The notes beneath the pieces are model-generated. The model was not told where the DNA came from and did no database searches. It saw only the letters and a program-made list of their open reading frames with translations. Below are positions 17,506 through 20,000 of a stretch of 20,000 nucleotides of DNA, piece after piece. Origin of the DNA: an uncultured virus (IMG/VR IMGVR_UViG_3300031963_000026) (lineage: Duplodnaviria > Heunggongvirae > Uroviricota > Caudoviricetes); the IMG/VR virus record IMGVR_UViG_3300031963_000026, positions 109,363 through 129,362 of that record; one strand, given 5' to 3'. Position numbers and translations under genes: made by a program. Positions within the stretch are counted from its first letter, which is position 1. Each line of letters opens with the position of its first letter.

Positions 17506-17820
17506 ATGCAAGTTAAAAGAACTATCGTAAGAACAAGTTTACCTGATCAACGTAGAACGTTGGTTACGGATTTAGAAGTATTCACAACAAATGGTGAAAC
17601 CTTAGTCATCGCTAAGAATAATTGTAAAATCAAACTAAATTCACAATTAGGTGATTCCATAATTATTAAAGTATTAAATGGTGCCTTAATTATTCCTGAT
17701 TTTGGTCGAATTGACGAAGAATGGGATGAAATCGTTTTGGAAAAAGGTGCTTGTGTTGATTTTAGGTTCGTTGAAGGAAATTGGTACATTCTTTCTTCAG
17801 ATGGATTGAAAACAGTTTAA
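17506..17820 (+). CDS. Hypothetical beta-rich protein
   Basis: 104-aa ORF starting 1 nt after the previous stop; converges on the polymerase with a 4-nt overlap. Confidence 0.7.
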   Translation: MQVKRTIVRTSLPDQRRTLVTDLEVFTTNGETLVIAKNNCKIKLNSQLGDSIIIKVLNGALIIPDFGRIDEEWDEIVLEKGACVDFRFVEGNWYILSSDGLKTV

Positions 17821-20000
17821 ATAAACTGTTCCCAATCTTCTGATGCGTTTTCATACATATAGTATGGATCCAATCCCCTCTTTTCCCAATATTTGAATTC
17901 ATCCTGAGAGATGGTCAATACTTCCTCTAAGGAATCTTGGTCACCATCTTCTAATGGAAGACCGTTTACCAACTCACATTGTGTTGCGGTAAATAATCCT
18001 CTCTTTTCAGGTTCAGATACCAAAAGTTCGTTTCTTACTTCCTCACCAAAAACAACCATTAAAGGTTCCAAACGTTTGTTAAACGTTACAATTGCTCTCG
18101 GAACATTATAATCACCCAACAAGTTAGGATTGTTCTCAATATCAGCAGGATCCAAACGATAACAGTTAATCTTAACCGTGGGATCAAAATATTGACCAGG
18201 ATTATTCACCTTACCATAAGCATTCATTTGATCTTCCATCTCCTTTTTAGCCTTGGCACTTGTTACTTTTTGAACATCCCCGTGAGACGCTTTGGTACCA
18301 TTATTCACATAATAAATCACATCACCAAGATTAACAGAAATACCATCTTTCATAGCGAGTTCCATATGAGCCATTCTACTCATAGAGTTACCTGCTTTGG
18401 TGGTTGATGAACATCTGATTTTGTAATCTTCCATACTTAGTTTCACCTTGGCTCTCTGAGCAATCTTAACAAGGGGAATTTGTTTGTTATAGATCTTATC
18501 AAGATACTCATAATAATACTCAACAAATTCTTTACCCTCACCTTTAAGTAACATCTTAATACCTTTGTCCAAGAACTCTTCAATATATACCGGTAGTTTC
18601 TTTGATTTAATCGTATTACCAACAAGTTTGATTTTACCTTTATCTGTGATAAGAGCATAGTTCTTTCTTGCGATGTTAATACACGAAGGCCAAACACCAT
18701 CAGTATCCAACGCCATCTCACCCCTCATAAATAAGTCATTGTATTCGGCAACATCTGCTTCAGCACCTGTGTATTCCTTACCCTCTTTTACCTTCCAATT
18801 GTTACCCTTACCAATATATTTACGATCCTCAACATCATCGGGTGATGAAAAGTTTACACCATCGGTATCCATCACCAAGGGTTTATAACCTTTCTTCATA
18901 AAGAATTTAATCATCTGTCTTAAATACTGACGACCTGTACAAGTGATCTGTTCCCCCATATACATATCACCCCAATGATATACTTGTGGTGCAGATAACG
19001 CCCCAAACATAGAATTGATGAAGATCTTAATCGGAAGTTGTTTTCGGTCATAAGATAATGACTTTTTAGGATCCGACTTACTGAAGTCCTCGGCAAGTTG
19101 TTTGTATTTGATACGAGTATCTCGGAAGTATTTTAACATCCCCTTCATCGCACCTGTAATATCACACTTAGGGAATACATCGTGAACCAACTGAATTGAT
19201 GGATAAAGTGACGAAAAGTCAAGTTTCAATACATTCTTAGAATATCCCACAGTAATTAGTCGTGAAAGACCACCAACAAAATCAGTTTTACCTTGTTTCT
19301 CGGGAACTGCAAGATTGTATTTGTATGACCACGCCAACATAATCATCTTCCATAATGTGGCGGTTCCCATTGTTGAAACCCTCTCATATGTTGTCGGTAC
19401 CTGTGATGCCAACAAAAATGATCCTTGTGAAAATTCTTCATCCACTTTTAAGGTTTCTTCCAAGTCATCGTCAAGATACATCTCAACCAACTCTCTACCA
19501 CTAATCTTCTTATATACACCGGGGAACCTAACATCCAAGTCGTTGAATTGTGGATTATCTGCTTTCTTGTATTTACCGTTAGTCACATTTAACCAAAAAT
19601 CTTCATTATCACGATAAAAAGGTCCGATGTCCAAGTGATCAATATATACACGATCAGGTGCCTCGGCTTCAATATATTGTGTAATATACTTAAGACCCGC
19701 ACTTTTGATACTCGAGTTAATCGCTTGTGCTCTACGAACCGAATGGATAATATCAATCACATTATATCCCCACATTCCAACTTGGTTATACTTCTCAACT
19801 TCGTTGGCTAGTTTTAATAAGGATTCGTTTTGTTTAATCTTAACCTCGGGGTTTAATGTTTGGGCAATTTTCTTAATATCCAAACCAAGAATCCTTGTTC
19901 TTTCAAATATCCAATACCAGTCAAAGTTCGCCGAATTATAACCACCGATAATACTTGGTCTTAGTTCGTTAATCACTCGGAAAAATTCAATAATTCCCGC
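17817..20000 (-). CDS. polB: Family B DNA polymerase (5' end outside window)
   Basis: ExoII GYNSANFDW, ExoIII YLDDD, motif A LDFSSLYPSI, motif B KIFINSMFG, motif C MDTDG. Frame is open to position 20000. Confidence 0.95.
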   Translation of the reverse strand, partial: AGIIEFFRVINELRPSIIGGYNSANFDWYWIFERTRILGLDIKKIAQTLNPEVKIKQNESLLKLANEVEKYNQVGMWGYNVIDIIHSVRRAQAINSSIKSAGLKYITQYIEAEAPDRVYIDHLDIGPFYRDNEDFWLNVTNGKYKKADNPQFNDLDVRFPGVYKKISGRELVEMYLDDDLEETLKVDEEFSQGSFLLASQVPTTYERVSTMGTATLWKMIMLAWSYKYNLAVPEKQGKTDFVGGLSRLITVGYSKNVLKLDFSSLYPSIQLVHDVFPKCDITGAMKGMLKYFRDTRIKYKQLAEDFSKSDPKKSLSYDRKQLPIKIFINSMFGALSAPQVYHWGDMYMGEQITCTGRQYLRQMIKFFMKKGYKPLVMDTDGVNFSSPDDVEDRKYIGKGNNWKVKEGKEYTGAEADVAEYNDLFMRGEMALDTDGVWPSCINIARKNYALITDKGKIKLVGNTIKSKKLPVYIEEFLDKGIKMLLKGEGKEFVEYYYEYLDKIYNKQIPLVKIAQRAKVKLSMEDYKIRCSSTTKAGNSMSRMAHMELAMKDGISVNLGDVIYYVNNGTKASHGDVQKVTSAKAKKEMEDQMNAYGKVNNPGQYFDPTVKINCYRLDPADIENNPNLLGDYNVPRAIVTFNKRLEPLMVVFGEEVRNELLVSEPEKRGLFTATQCELVNGLPLEDGDQDSLEEVLTISQDEFKYWEKRGLDPYYMYENASEDWEQFI

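Noticed and set aside
18860..18880. Polymerase motif C variant MDTDG as inactivation
   Set aside because: Both aspartates of DTD are retained; this is a tolerated family B variant.
751..19941. Short alternative-frame/antisense ORFs in the track (e.g. 751..948, 2316..2504, 4141..4401, 10226..10510, 14765..14986, 17911..19941 set)
   Set aside because: They lie within or across well-supported long genes and have no recognisable motifs; treated as shadow ORFs.

Overview
AT-rich segment of a large contractile-tailed dsDNA phage (myovirus-like). A Bacteroidetes host is inferred from the absence of Shine-Dalgarno motifs. The left half (minus strand) is a tail module: neck/tail-completion genes, sheath, an inserted HAD-like gene, tube, tail-assembly chaperone with a probable +1 frameshift extension, tape measure, and a large truncated baseplate-type gene. 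The right half holds an SNF2 helicase, five tandem ~100-aa paralogs, an Fe/Mn superoxide dismutase, a nuclease-like gene, a neck protein and a family B DNA polymerase (truncated). Most striking: each of the five paralogs ends in a 36-nt hairpin repeat followed by a ~30-nt unrelated 'spacer'; units 2-5 also carry a partial second repeat. Read on the minus strand this resembles a type VI-B (Cas13b) crRNA (spacer then 36-nt DR), i.e. single-guide CRISPR-like units embedded antisense in coding genes, with no cas gene in the window. All calls are from reading the sequence; no searches were run.
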